Part shown: positions 7,618-18,514 of the stretch, piece by piece
How positions within the stretch are numbered: the first letter of the stretch is position 1
Layout of the letters: each line of letters opens with the position of its first letter
Origin: a virus
DNA length: 64,000 nucleotides
IMG/VR virus record: IMGVR_UViG_3300025030_000050
Location: 49,350 to 113,349 of that record
Direction: 5' to 3' (one strand)
Notes under the pieces: model-generated
The model's input: the letters and a program-made list of their open reading frames with translations, nothing else
The model's database searches: none
Told to the model about the DNA's origin: nothing
Made by a program: the position numbers and the translations under genes

Positions 7618-10398
7618 TTAAGCTGTTGCTGCAACTAAAACATAAATTGTTGAACCACCAAAATCAACTTCAACTGTCCCTACCGGAGTCGTATTAGATC
7701 CTGTAGTTCCGGCACTATGCATAACGTCTTGAGTTAAAACCTGAAGAGTTGTTAGCCCAGAAATAGAACCACCTGTTATACTAACATTGTCAGAAGCTTG
7801 TGTAGAAATACTACCAATACCTAAAGTTGATCTTGCCGCAATATTATTCGCATCATCTAATAAAGTTCGCGCAAAGGGAGTTATATCTGTTTCTGCCGCT
7901 GTATTTGCAGCAGTTGTATATACCATCTTATCGGCAGCAGTCCCCAACCCTGCAATACTTGTTAAAAACACATCGTAAGCTTGAATATCGACTCCAATTT
8001 CTAAATCAATAGAAGCTAGAAAAGTAGCTGTATCTTCAATCGTTAATACCTCACCTGTTGGGACAGTAATACTCCCTTCAAAATATGGAGCTGTCCCATC
8101 AGTATAAATTTGGAAGACAACGCCGAGTACAGAGTCATAACCTATTAACCCACTTGGGCTAATTTGAACATAATTACTTCCAGTATATGATTTTATTCTT
8201 TGATTTGCAGAATCTATTTCAACTCCATCAACAGATAACATTGTTGATGTCAGAGTGAAGCCACCAATAGTTCCACCACTAGCATAAATAGACTCACAAT
8301 AATTATTTCCACTCTCATCAATTCTAAAAGGAGCTGTTGAAGGCGTAGCTCCACCCGCCCAAATTCTCCAATCCGTAGCCCCAGTTACTTCACTATTTAA
8401 ACCAACTAAACCATTACTAGCGGTAAGACTATATTGATTTGCAGTAAACCCACATAATTTATTCACTCCTGATCCGTCTAATCTTAATATAGAAACAGCA
8501 TTTGAATCTAAAATTTCAAGGCCATAGTCATTTGTCCCCAAATCTCCTATTTTTAATCTAGTTGTCCCATTTTCAACAAATTTTTGAATAGGCTCATTAG
8601 GATCAAAATAAATATAATTTACCCCTGCTCCAATTCTAAAAACACCCTTAACTGTATTTTGAGTATTGCCAGTACTAGTTGTTGAATCTGGCCCAGAGAT
8701 CATAGGTGAATAAACTTGAGCAGAACTGGTATCATCTAAAACTGTTAAAGTAGTAACAGATAGGTCTGCAAAATCATCTAAAGCTTCTTTAAACTGAATA
8801 CAATTTATACTTATTCCACTAGCTCTGGTAAAAGAAATAGAATCAATCAAAGCCGTATATGTTCCACCATATTTAGCAGAACTAATTGTTATAGCATCAT
8901 CAGGATTTAAACCAAGTAATTTATATTTCCCAGAAAAAGAAATATTAGCTTTTTGTAATAAACGGCGTTGATAATACAAAATTCCAATTTTTTGCGCTAC
9001 ATCTGAATTTTGTATAAATGGGATATTTAGGTTTGATGTAGATATATCATCAGTGCTTGTTTTTGCAGGAACCAAAACTTTAATAAATTTGTCTTGAGCT
9101 TCATTGGTTTGTTGAAATGAAATATATCCAGAATCAGATTGAGTTTGTGTGACAAGGTTATAATTAAAGGAACCCATTCCAACAGTATTGGGGTTAATTA
9201 CAATAGCTTCATCAATTGTTTTTTGGCTAGCTTTAATTAAAGGTTGTAGTTCTATTTTATCATTAACAATTAAAGTAGAATGACAACAATTTAACAATTC
9301 GCCCAAAACTTCTGCTTTTGGCCTTTTATAATAATAGGCATAATTAAATAAAATGCCTTGACTGTCATATGTTGCTTTTGATGTAATAAAACTATCACCT
9401 ATATCAATACTAGGTACGCCCATATCAAGCAAAACGAACTTAATTGCATCTGCTGGATTATGAATATTAGTTGTATTGGACTTATCAAATTGACATGGGA
9501 TATCAAGGAAAGTATCTCCCTGCATCCACAATCCATTAGCATCAGCGTCTCCATCTCCATTGCTATCTGCAATTATGGCTTGAAAAACAGAATAATTTGT
9601 TGAATTCAGGGTTTTAGAAGTTTTGCCAAATGTATAAGAACTAGCATCCCATTCAGACTTAGCATTCCCCCATGCTCGTGGAGATCTGACTTTATGGATA
9701 TTATAGTCATATCCTGCCTCTCCGAGCAAATAATACCTTTGGTTCGTTATATAAATTGAACGCAAAGGTATATAAGCTTTCCCAATAGGTACTGGTACAC
9801 AAATATTATCATCGTTCACATCAGAACTAATACTTAATTCTTTAACTAATTTAGTATTTGGGTAATCACCACGTAAATATTTTTGTAACCAATCCTCGCA
9901 GGTAAACTTTATTTGATTATATACTTCTTCAGATCTTCTAATATTAAATTTAAAAAAACGAATAATTGCATCATCAGTACCGTTGCCAACGATTAACCTT
10001 ATCAAAAGTGTGGCATCAATAAAATCAGCAGCAGTTAAAGACGCACTTGCATTGCCAACAGAAAAAGACATTTCACTAGGCGCAATTATACCATATTCTG
10101 ACCTAGACCGATTTAAAGTTACGCCACTAAATGTTTCTGGTACAATTTTAAACGCATAAACGTCTGTATTAGCCCAAAAGTCAATGCCAGCAGCCCATGA
10201 TATGCCAGAAGCCCAAACACCGCTTAGAGAAGCGTTTAGGGTCGTTAAATCACTATCTGCTTTGGTACTCCACAAATACTTAACATTTGCAGCAGTAGTT
10301 ATTTCAAACAACCAGTCAATGGTTTTATAATTTGAATCAACTAAAGCTTGTTTTGTTGTATTAAAAGTTATTGACATTTTAATCAGCGATCCTACCAA
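7618..10398 (-). CDS. Tail tip / central tail protein (likely start 10377)
   Basis: Position after TMP and Dit-like gene; GGTIGGFT and TPFARTLLDD...ARSTLG fibre motifs. Confidence 0.8.
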   Translation of the reverse strand: MVGSLIKMSITFNTTKQALVDSNYKTIDWLFEITTAANVKYLWSTKADSDLTTLNASLSGVWASGISWAAGIDFWANTDVYAFKIVPETFSGVTLNRSRSEYGIIAPSEMSFSVGNASASLTAADFIDATLLIRLIVGNGTDDAIIRFFKFNIRRSEEVYNQIKFTCEDWLQKYLRGDYPNTKLVKELSISSDVNDDNICVPVPIGKAYIPLRSIYITNQRYYLLGEAGYDYNIHKVRSPRAWGNAKSEWDASSYTFGKTSKTLNSTNYSVFQAIIADSNGDGDADANGLWMQGDTFLDIPCQFDKSNTTNIHNPADAIKFVLLDMGVPSIDIGDSFITSKATYDSQGILFNYAYYYKRPKAEVLGELLNCCHSTLIVNDKIELQPLIKASQKTIDEAIVINPNTVGMGSFNYNLVTQTQSDSGYISFQQTNEAQDKFIKVLVPAKTSTDDISTSNLNIPFIQNSDVAQKIGILYYQRRLLQKANISFSGKYKLLGLNPDDAITISSAKYGGTYTALIDSISFTRASGISINCIQFKEALDDFADLSVTTLTVLDDTSSAQVYSPMISGPDSTTSTGNTQNTVKGVFRIGAGVNYIYFDPNEPIQKFVENGTTRLKIGDLGTNDYGLEILDSNAVSILRLDGSGVNKLCGFTANQYSLTASNGLVGLNSEVTGATDWRIWAGGATPSTAPFRIDESGNNYCESIYASGGTIGGFTLTSTMLSVDGVEIDSANQRIKSYTGSNYVQISPSGLIGYDSVLGVVFQIYTDGTAPYFEGSITVPTGEVLTIEDTATFLASIDLEIGVDIQAYDVFLTSIAGLGTAADKMVYTTAANTAAETDITPFARTLLDDANNIAARSTLGIGSISTQASDNVSITGGSISGLTTLQVLTQDVMHSAGTTGSNTTPVGTVEVDFGGSTIYVLVAATA

Positions 10399-10798
10399 CT
10401 ACTTTTAGTCTTACATCAGGAATTGTATGAAGTCCAGGAACAGAAATGCTCCTATTAAGCTTGCCCGCAAACCTTACAACATATGTATGACCTCCAGCAT
10501 CGGCAGGGGCAGTCCATTTAAATGTCCTTGACATACCATTTCCTTTAGCTGCGTCATGATAAAAATCAATTATTGTACCGGCATCACTAGAATCTTTATT
10601 GTTCCATCTCAGAGTAATAAAAAATATTGACGTATTGGATAAAGCTATTCTTTCTTCACTTCCGTCATCACCTGTTAATATCACCGCCGATTTTTCCCCT
10701 TCTTCAACAATGACATCGCTTGGGCTAACACTTAGTGTTGTAGTTGAGTAATCTGGGGTAACAGTACTTAAATAGTCATAAAGCTCTTGATTCGCCAT
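10379..10798 (-). CDS. Minor/distal tail protein
   Basis: Directly follows TMP; FYH...G...TFKW...YVVRF pattern like lambda gpM-type proteins. Confidence 0.7.
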   Translation of the reverse strand: MANQELYDYLSTVTPDYSTTTLSVSPSDVIVEEGEKSAVILTGDDGSEERIALSNTSIFFITLRWNNKDSSDAGTIIDFYHDAAKGNGMSRTFKWTAPADAGGHTYVVRFAGKLNRSISVPGLHTIPDVRLKVVGRIAD

Positions 10799-13700
10799 TA
10801 TACACTCCCAATAGCACTAATTAATTCTACATCTCCACTTCTAATAGCAGAAACAACAAGATCAGAAATAGTCTTATCCCCTATTTTAATAGTCAAGTTA
10901 ATTCCACCTTCTCCAGGGATTAAATATGGTTCAATAGCTTTTAAAATACCTGCTCCAATTTTTTCACCATCAACTAAAACATCGGAAGTGCTGACAACAA
11001 GATTTCTTAAAGTTCCACTTGGTCCAAATAATTCATTATACAAATCTTTATAATCGGTTTCATCACCAGTAAAATTCTTTAAAAATGGCAGATATTGTGA
11101 AGATACAAAATCCATCAATGAATTTGTTGCATCCGTATCCCCAGATCTTGATAAGCCCAATAATTCATTATACCTATTCTGATATTGTTCAACGCTTTGA
11201 ACAGGAGCGAGGTCACTAAATTGAATATTGTTCACAAAATCAAGATAATCCTTTACAAGCTGAATCATCGGATTTACATCAAGAGATTGAGACGTTGCTT
11301 TAATTTGATCTACTTGGACTTTATATGCTTGATTTAGAACTCCAAGATTCATGCCCAAACTATTAGCTAAAGCAGTTTGTTCTTCATACCACTTATTCAA
11401 TTGCTTGAGTTGGTATTCAGCATCAGTCATGGTATTTTTGTCAATTATGTCCTGCCAACTTGCTTGCAATTCTTTAATTTGTGTAATATAATCAAAAATC
11501 GCCTGAATTCCACTCATAGCTATATCAATATTTTCCAAAGCCTTTGTAAGACCTGCTTCGTCAGATATTTTCCCTATTTTCATTATATCCAATGCATCTG
11601 TCAAAGCGGCTTGAATTTTGTTTTTAGCAATATTAGAAAAAACAGAAAGATCTAATTCATTAAAATCACTTTGTAATGCTTTTCTCATAATGCCAACACT
11701 ACCAGAAATTAAGGGAGTGATAACACCAGAAGTAAATGCTTTTACAACATTAGCAACAGTTGCCTGTGCCTCACCAGCGTCTTCAGCCTGATAATATTGA
11801 CCAATGGTAATTGCGCTAGATTTTGGCTTGTTGCCAACAATAGTACTACCAGAAGTAAAAGAGCTTTCTCGACTTCCAACGGCAACGGCACTAAAATTCT
11901 TTAAAAATGTTTCATATTGATTAGAAGCGGCTTTGCCGAACATTGAAATCTGACTAGAAAACATTGATGTTAGCTGATTCAAAGCAGAAGATAAAGAGCC
12001 TGTCAATGCATCAGCCGCTGGCGCAAAACTAGCACTGCCTCCTTTTCTATCATATGGAGTATTTTTACCTGTTTGGACAAATCCTTGACCAGATTTATAA
12101 TCTAATGTATAATTACTATACATATAAGCGCGTTCTTTATTATTCCCAAATAAAGAGCCAACCCCCAAAGCACCTAACATTCCACCAAGAATTGCCCCGA
12201 TACCAGCACCCCATGGACCAAAATAAGCTCCAACTTGTGCGCCTGCATATGCACCAGCGCCAGCGCCAGCGCCCTCAGCAGCAGATTGTCCAAAATCTTT
12301 ACCATTTAATAAGCCCGCAATAAAAGTAGTGATACCAGCAGTCCAACCACCAAAGGCGGCACTTGACATGTTGGAAACACCAAATGCGGCAGAATCAAGG
12401 GCATTACCAAACATATTAGTTGAGGTAGTTAGGGAGTTTACAGACGATGCCATATTGGTAAGGCCCCAAGAAACACTACTTTGCAGTGCAGCCGACGATG
12501 CTGCATAAGAACCAGGATTTAAGACCTCATTCCCTAAAGACAATGCTCCAGGTAGATATGAACCATTAGAAGCCATAGCCGCAGAAGAAACGCCAGCCGC
12601 ACCACCTAATGAACTTAAAGAGCTGCTTAAACTGCCGCTACTCCCACTCACCTGCATTTGAGTCTGACCCCAAAGCCAAGCACTCACCATTTCAGCAACA
12701 GCTTTTTTAAACAAATCATTTAAAGAATCAATATCAAATTTCCAATCATATAACCACTGAGCAGTTAGATCTTGTAGATTGTCATACATGTTCTCCCAAA
12801 TTCTTTCTACCTTTTTTCTAAATTCATCATGTTCATATTCTAATTGCTTTATACCATTATTTTTAGCATCTAATAACGCTTCTTTATATTCTTTTGCCTT
12901 TTCAGTTGGGAAAACAGGTTGTTCTCCTTGTGCAATAAGTTTCTCATTTGCAGCTATTACGCCATTTAAAACCTCTATCATTTTCTCATATTCTATATTA
13001 AGAGAATGAAGGCCCTTTTGTAATGGAGTTAAATTCCCACTTTCATTATATTTATTAACAAATTCATCAAGCTTATCAGTTAATTTGCTAATATCTCCTT
13101 TAAGAATTTGAGCGTTTAAATCTTTAATTGTTTGCTCAAGTTTTTTGCCTTCGGGACTCGCTTTTTTTAAATATTCAGCCAGCAACTCCAAATTTTTATT
13201 ATATTTTTGTAAAGCGCTGTCTCCTTTATCAAAAGCAGATGCTTGTGATTCCAGTCTATTTTGTAAAGTTTCTAAAGAAGAGTCTGCCTTCATAGCAGCT
13301 TTATTTTTATCAAACTCTATAGATGCAGCCATAAGATCAGCAGATAAATTCTTAGCGGCATTACCAGCTTTCTCAATTCTTAATCTCCATTCATCAGTAA
13401 CTAATAAAGCCGCCATCTCAGAAGCTTTAGATTCATCCAAGGCCGAATCTTTTACTTTAATTTTATCAATTAATTGCTGAAGGTCGTTGATTGTTTTCTC
13501 ATTATCAATACCTTTAGACGTAGCCATAATCATATCTACATATTTTTGGCTATTTTCCCCCGCCATAGCAATCGTTGCTTGCCATTCTTTACTAGCTAAA
13601 GTCGCGGCCATTTCAGACTCTTTAGATTTGTCCAAAGCCGCAGTTTTAATATTTAACGAATCAGCTAATTGCTGAAGCTTTTTTTGAGCAGTTAGAGAAT

Positions 13701-15753
13701 CAATAGAACCGGCTGTTTTATTCACCTCTGCCGTAAGCTTCTCTAGTTCATTTCTTGCATTATATCCACCATCTTTTAAGCTATTTAAATCTTCTGCGAA
13801 CTGTCCGGTAATCATTTTTGCATTAGCTTCAGCAGCAGCAGAATTGTTAGTTGATTCTTTTAGTTCTTCAAGTTTTGTTTTTAAAGAGGATAAATATTCT
13901 TTTACTTTCGTAGTTTTTTCAGAAATATCCGATGGGGATAGTGTGCCCTCAATTGCGGGGATTATTTCAGAGCTTATGGTACTACTTGTTTCTGTTTTAC
14001 CATAGATAATTTGGTCTGACTTTTGTTTCCTCACTTCCATTTCAGCTTGCAATTGCAATGCTTTTTCAGCTTCTTTATTAGTCAATCCTAATTTATCAGC
14101 CAATTGGCTAAATTTATCTACTAAAGTACCTAAAAAACCCCAAGCCTGAAGGCCGGAAAAATAATAAACAAATTTCCCGCCTAATTCAACAAGGTATAGC
14201 ATCCCGCTTATTAATTTACTTATTCCCTTACTTGTCATTGTTAATGAGCCATCTGCATTCATTAACAATGCGTTCCACTTTTCAGCTAAAGAAATAAGAT
14301 TCTCATAAGTCCGCTTAAACCCGTCTCTTAAAATCCTATTGTGAATAGTCTCCATAGTAGAACCGATTACAGCCCAGTTGTGCTGTAAATCTTTACTTGC
14401 AGGGCCAAAACCAACAAGTAAAGCGCCTACCTTTTCTATTAACACACCTTGTTGTCGCCACGTAACAAGGTGAGATTTTATTTCAGGGTCAATTGACTGA
14501 AGGGTTTTGACTAAAATATTAGAATCTCTCAACTGGCCCTGAACCAAAGACCTGATCTCTTGTCTCATTTGGATTTCTTGGTTCTGGCCTTGGGTCAAGA
14601 GTTTTAAAGCATTTGCTATATTGGTGAATCCGTCCAATGTGCCTTGATTAGCAGTATCTATCTTTACAGAACCTTTAATAAATTGTTCTGCCATAATAGT
14701 TAAATCTCTGCCACTTGCAACAGTCCTAGCATCTAAAATTTCCATTGTTTGGACTAATTTTGTCGCTTCTTGCTTTGCCCCTGCATAAATTTCACCTACA
14801 TTGCTTAAATTAATATTTCTGTCAAATGTAGTTAAAAATGCTGCCATGCTAGCAATACTTACTTGGTAATCTTCGACAGCTTTTAGACCTTTAACAAACT
14901 CATCTCTAACAGCCCTCAGAATAGCGTACATTGCAGCAATAGCACCGGTAGCAATAGCAAAGCCGGGGGCTGCTAACAAAACTTGTTTTGAAATAGCAAC
15001 AGTATTTTGAAGATATGATTTTTGAGGCCCAAGACTGGCATTATATTCTTTTCTTGCCTGTTCAATCCCTCTGGTAAGTTGATTATATTGATTTTTATCT
15101 TGAGAAGCAGAGGCTTTTTGGGCGAACCTTTCCTGAGCATCATACATTTGCTGCCAGCTCTTCATTTGAGAAGTAGCTGCTCTTTGCACTGTTTGGGAAT
15201 ATTGATATTGAGCCTTAGCATCAGCCGCATAATAATCTTGAGACAATCTTTGTCTTTGCGTAAAAGCGGCCTTTTCTTCTTTTAATTGCTGTTGGTTTAA
15301 GGCTGTTTTTGATTTTAAAGAAGAAGAATCAAGCTGTTCCTGAAGTTTTAGCTGTTGCTGATTTAAAGCTGTTTTTGATTTTAGAATAGACGCATCGATT
15401 TGCTGAATTTCTTTTAACTGTTGTTGATTTAAAGCAGTCCTAGCTCTTAAAGTATCAGACATAGATTGTCTGATATATTTTTCATAATTCAAATTGCCTT
15501 GCATAATAGCAGCACTAGCTTTATCATTTGTTCTAATAGATTCAGCAACTGCTTTTTTTGTAGCCCTGTCTTTTTCAGCTATAAATTTATTATATTCTTC
15601 TAATTGACTGCTAGTAGATTTTTTAGCAGAAGCAATATTAATACTTTCAATTTCTCGGGCAGACCTCTCCACCTCTGCTTTTTGTTTTAACAAAGCGTCT
15701 TTAAATTGAGAAATATCAAGCTTTAATTGAATAAATATTTCGCCAAGTCGCAT
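10798..15753 (-). CDS. Tape measure protein
   Basis: 1651 aa, helical and Ala/Lys/Gln-rich; MRLGEIFIQLKLD start; Gly-rich hydrophobic segments; follows the tail chaperones. Confidence 0.93.
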   Translation of the reverse strand: MRLGEIFIQLKLDISQFKDALLKQKAEVERSAREIESINIASAKKSTSSQLEEYNKFIAEKDRATKKAVAESIRTNDKASAAIMQGNLNYEKYIRQSMSDTLRARTALNQQQLKEIQQIDASILKSKTALNQQQLKLQEQLDSSSLKSKTALNQQQLKEEKAAFTQRQRLSQDYYAADAKAQYQYSQTVQRAATSQMKSWQQMYDAQERFAQKASASQDKNQYNQLTRGIEQARKEYNASLGPQKSYLQNTVAISKQVLLAAPGFAIATGAIAAMYAILRAVRDEFVKGLKAVEDYQVSIASMAAFLTTFDRNINLSNVGEIYAGAKQEATKLVQTMEILDARTVASGRDLTIMAEQFIKGSVKIDTANQGTLDGFTNIANALKLLTQGQNQEIQMRQEIRSLVQGQLRDSNILVKTLQSIDPEIKSHLVTWRQQGVLIEKVGALLVGFGPASKDLQHNWAVIGSTMETIHNRILRDGFKRTYENLISLAEKWNALLMNADGSLTMTSKGISKLISGMLYLVELGGKFVYYFSGLQAWGFLGTLVDKFSQLADKLGLTNKEAEKALQLQAEMEVRKQKSDQIIYGKTETSSTISSEIIPAIEGTLSPSDISEKTTKVKEYLSSLKTKLEELKESTNNSAAAEANAKMITGQFAEDLNSLKDGGYNARNELEKLTAEVNKTAGSIDSLTAQKKLQQLADSLNIKTAALDKSKESEMAATLASKEWQATIAMAGENSQKYVDMIMATSKGIDNEKTINDLQQLIDKIKVKDSALDESKASEMAALLVTDEWRLRIEKAGNAAKNLSADLMAASIEFDKNKAAMKADSSLETLQNRLESQASAFDKGDSALQKYNKNLELLAEYLKKASPEGKKLEQTIKDLNAQILKGDISKLTDKLDEFVNKYNESGNLTPLQKGLHSLNIEYEKMIEVLNGVIAANEKLIAQGEQPVFPTEKAKEYKEALLDAKNNGIKQLEYEHDEFRKKVERIWENMYDNLQDLTAQWLYDWKFDIDSLNDLFKKAVAEMVSAWLWGQTQMQVSGSSGSLSSSLSSLGGAAGVSSAAMASNGSYLPGALSLGNEVLNPGSYAASSAALQSSVSWGLTNMASSVNSLTTSTNMFGNALDSAAFGVSNMSSAAFGGWTAGITTFIAGLLNGKDFGQSAAEGAGAGAGAYAGAQVGAYFGPWGAGIGAILGGMLGALGVGSLFGNNKERAYMYSNYTLDYKSGQGFVQTGKNTPYDRKGGSASFAPAADALTGSLSSALNQLTSMFSSQISMFGKAASNQYETFLKNFSAVAVGSRESSFTSGSTIVGNKPKSSAITIGQYYQAEDAGEAQATVANVVKAFTSGVITPLISGSVGIMRKALQSDFNELDLSVFSNIAKNKIQAALTDALDIMKIGKISDEAGLTKALENIDIAMSGIQAIFDYITQIKELQASWQDIIDKNTMTDAEYQLKQLNKWYEEQTALANSLGMNLGVLNQAYKVQVDQIKATSQSLDVNPMIQLVKDYLDFVNNIQFSDLAPVQSVEQYQNRYNELLGLSRSGDTDATNSLMDFVSSQYLPFLKNFTGDETDYKDLYNELFGPSGTLRNLVVSTSDVLVDGEKIGAGILKAIEPYLIPGEGGINLTIKIGDKTISDLVVSAIRSGDVELISAIGSV
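15280..15445 (-). repeat. Three 22-aa (66-bp) repeats in the TMP
   Basis: TALNQQQLK occurs three times at 22-aa spacing. Confidence 0.85.
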
Positions 15754-15802
15754 ATTATACCAAACAATTAAAAGAATTCATAAATAATACCCCTAAAATA
15801 GA

Positions 15803-15844
15803 AAATGGCTAGGAAATAACCATTAAATTATTTCCTAGCCATTT
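15803..15844 (-). terminator. Intrinsic terminator-like hairpin between tail chaperone and TMP
   Basis: 17-bp perfect stem AAATGGCTAGGAAATAA/TTATTTCCTAGCCATTT followed by TCTATTTT. Confidence 0.75.
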
Positions 15845-16173
15845 CTTGGATTTGCCTCTTCTATCTTTTTAATATGATTGAAAATTTTCAAAACTTTTTC
15901 AAACGTTTTGACTCTATCCCCAACCTTCAATTCATCAATTAATTTCCAAATAGGCTCATGTTTTAATGCGACCGATTTTATGCCACCAAACCCACCAACC
16001 CAAATCCTTTGATCGCTTACTAAATTCCAAATCCTTATTGCGTCACCGTTAGATAACCAAAGACTCGGCATACATTCAGCACACGGAGGGTCTTGAAATT
16101 GGTGTATTGCAAGTTTTTTACAAGTCTTGCAATCAAATTTCTTAGTGGCTAACCTCTCCGCATACTCAATTAG
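15835..16173 (-). CDS. Tail assembly chaperone, frameshifted extension (gpGT-like)
   Basis: The -1 frame is open from 16173 into track ORF 15835..16071 (LIEYAERLATKKFDCKTC...PPCAECMPSLW). Confidence 0.8.
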   Translation of the reverse strand, partial: LIEYAERLATKKFDCKTCKKLAIHQFQDPPCAECMPSLWLSNGDAIRIWNLVSDQRIWVGGFGGIKSVALKHEPIWKLIDELKVGDRVKTFEKVLKIFNHIKKIEEANPRNG

Positions 16174-16583
16174 TTTTTTACTTCTTCATCCTCAACCAAG
16201 TCCAGTTCCTTCTGTAGCTCGCCCAGACACTTATTAGCCCATTTAGCAAACACAGGACTGCCATAAAATAATTTGAGTTTATTTTCATCTGTACAAGGTA
16301 TTGACTCCCCATTTTTTTGCATCAATGTCCACGTCTCAATTTGATAGCAGATAATGGCATCATTAAACTTCATCATGATATCATCATTACCATCAACATC
16401 AATTACACTGTCCATTCTTCTTGTAAGAGTGTTGGGAATATATTTCTGTTTTGACTTAAGACCTAATTTTTTTCTAATTTCTTGCATTTTTTCATCAGGA
16501 ATAAGCCTGAAATTAACACTCTCAGTTTTATTTTCATCCCAATAAAATTCCCGTGATGGGTTCAAACATTCCAAATCCCACAT
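16170..16583 (-). CDS. Tail assembly chaperone (gpG-like)
   Basis: Between tail tube and TMP; ends EEVKN at slippery A AAA AAC. Confidence 0.85.
   Translation of the reverse strand: MWDLECLNPSREFYWDENKTESVNFRLIPDEKMQEIRKKLGLKSKQKYIPNTLTRRMDSVIDVDGNDDIMMKFNDAIICYQIETWTLMQKNGESIPCTDENKLKLFYGSPVFAKWANKCLGELQKELDLVEDEEVKN
16173..16179 (-). other. -1 programmed ribosomal frameshift heptamer A AAA AAC
   Basis: GTA AAA AAC TAA; X XXY YYZ pattern in the correct frame. Confidence 0.8.
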
Positions 16584-17328
16584 AAATTTTTCTCTCCCTT
16601 TTTATGTTTCTCTTTATGGCACTTCTTACAGAATGTTTGCCCATTGCCAACATTCCAAAGTTCACCACAATTTTCAGCTTCTTCTATTGTCTTAATCTCG
16701 TTTTCTTTTATTATCTTAGCAAATTCTTTAATATGATGAGCGTTTAGATCACCGTTACCTCTAATAAGACACTTTTCACATGTAAAATCATCTCTGATAA
16801 AAACAAGATTTCTCCATTCTTTATATTTATCGAGCTTTCTTATTCTTTTTACTAAACTAGTAATTCCACCTTTCCAATTAGGATTTTTATCTCCATTCTT
16901 TTGCTTCACTAATTTACTTATTTTTAATTTATGTTCTTCAGTAAATTTTTTACCTAAATGAGAATCACTTATTTTCTTTTTACTTTCTTCTGTATGAGTC
17001 TTACCTAATAAAGAATTGCTAATTTTATTTTTGTCTCTTCGGTATGATGTTTCCCATAAAAGGGATTTCCTTCACCTACAAGACTAATTTTCAAAGCAAC
17101 ACTTATCTTTTTATTATGGATCTCTGGCCTATTTTTATTATAGTGCCCAGAGATATATTTATTCCAAACTAATTTCCATCTATCAAAGGAAACATGTTCT
17201 CCACAACCACAAGAATATAATGGAGACATTTTATTTTTTAAATTATCCAAATGTCCTTTTATAAACTTATGCCTTTTATTTGTTACAATTTCACCACAAC
17301 CACACAAGCAAAATCTAATATCACCCAT
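16562..17328 (-). pseudogene. NUMOD3-repeat HNH homing endonuclease split by a 1-nt frameshift (pseudogene or sequencing error)
   Basis: CGCG motifs and GKHHTEETK repeats continue in another frame (GKTHTEESK, GKKFTEEHK) into NPNWKGG...RDDFTC...AHHIK...CKKCH. Confidence 0.8.
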
Positions 17329-17362
17329 TTTTAATATCTCTGTAATATCACTGATTATAAAA

Positions 17363-17416
17363 TAATAGGCAACAAGTTCAGAATACTTGCTTTCGGTTGG
17401 CCAACCTAGCCCATTA
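17363..17416 (-). ncRNA. Putative three-way-junction cis RNA element, copy A
   Basis: P1 TAATGGGC/GCCTATTA, TA, P2 GGTT/AACC, GAAA, P3 GCAAGT/ACTTGT. Confidence 0.55.
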
Positions 17417-17424
17417 CAATCAAA

Positions 17425-17841
17425 TTATACCAACGTCATAAAACCAGAAACTTTGCAAGAAAATGAAGCAGTAACTAACTGTGATTTATCAGCATCTACG
17501 TTCCATTCCGTAATCCAGACATAGGATAACGGGTTAGTAGTTGATGGAGTATAATAACTGTTATCGTCTATATAGAAACGGATATCACTTACACTCGTGT
17601 TACTAGCATTGTAATTTCGTAATGAGGTCTGACCGTTAGCATCAGTACCGTCAAACAATCCGTTAAAACTAATAGTCCCACCATCACGTAAACCCGGACG
17701 AAATTGTTTCCATTCATCTCCAAATGCTGAAGTTTCCAACAGATCTGTGGTGACGCCTGACATTGACCACGTTCCCATTAAAGAAATACTATTTGATCCT
17801 AAAGTTACTTTACCATCAGCACCTCTATAAGATGTCGCCAT
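17425..17841 (-). CDS. Major tail tube protein
   Basis: YRGADGKV...WS...ETSAFGDEWK...GLRDGGTISF...SFSCKVSG, typical tube pattern. Confidence 0.88.
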   Translation of the reverse strand: MATSYRGADGKVTLGSNSISLMGTWSMSGVTTDLLETSAFGDEWKQFRPGLRDGGTISFNGLFDGTDANGQTSLRNYNASNTSVSDIRFYIDDNSYYTPSTTNPLSYVWITEWNVDADKSQLVTASFSCKVSGFMTLV

Positions 17842-17844
17842 ATT

Positions 17845-18501
17845 TTAACCCTCCATATTTTGCAATTTCTTCACATGTTTATATAAAGCATATGTTGACC
17901 AATTTATTTCTAAAGTTGACAAATGCCCTATATCTATAGTCGTATCACAAAAAATACGATACCCATTCTGTTTCAATTTATAACAAAAACCAATATCTTC
18001 TCCAACAAGACTTCCTTTTTCATCTCTACCAAATTCAAACCAAGGAGGGTCTATCTTCAAAAAGACCTCAGTATTATACAATACGCAACCACATCCAGTA
18101 GCATCAATTTCGAGCAACTCTTTTCTTTCTCTCGAATCTAAAATATCCTCATCTGAAACATGGACATACATACTTGGAATCCCGCGATATAAAATACAAT
18201 CAAATCCCGGATACCTACGATGAACTATAGAAGAAGTTACATCTTTATTATGAGATAAAAGTTTTTCAATCGTATCTACAGGGAATACCTGATCACTGTC
18301 CATCATCAATAAATGAGTACAACCATTTTCTAAAGCTCTTTCAACTAGCTGATTTCTAACATCAGCAATATTCATTCCACTATATTGAGGCCTTAGATAT
18401 AAAAAACTCGGCTTTCGCATCATTACAAAACTATCAAGAAACGCTGCTGGGACCGTTGGGTCTACTAATGGAATTCCTATAGCAAGTTTAATTTTTTCCA
18501 T
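17845..18501 (-). CDS. GT-A fold (GT2-like) glycosyltransferase, paralogue 3
   Basis: RNQLV, THLLMMDSD (DxD), GCGC, GEDIGFC, IGHL. Confidence 0.88.
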   Translation of the reverse strand: MEKIKLAIGIPLVDPTVPAAFLDSFVMMRKPSFLYLRPQYSGMNIADVRNQLVERALENGCTHLLMMDSDQVFPVDTIEKLLSHNKDVTSSIVHRRYPGFDCILYRGIPSMYVHVSDEDILDSRERKELLEIDATGCGCVLYNTEVFLKIDPPWFEFGRDEKGSLVGEDIGFCYKLKQNGYRIFCDTTIDIGHLSTLEINWSTYALYKHVKKLQNMEG

Positions 18502-18514
18502 AATTTCTCCCGAA

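Noticed and set aside
5447-10398. Diversity-generating retroelement target in tail genes
   Set aside because: No reverse transcriptase or TR/VR pair seen in the window
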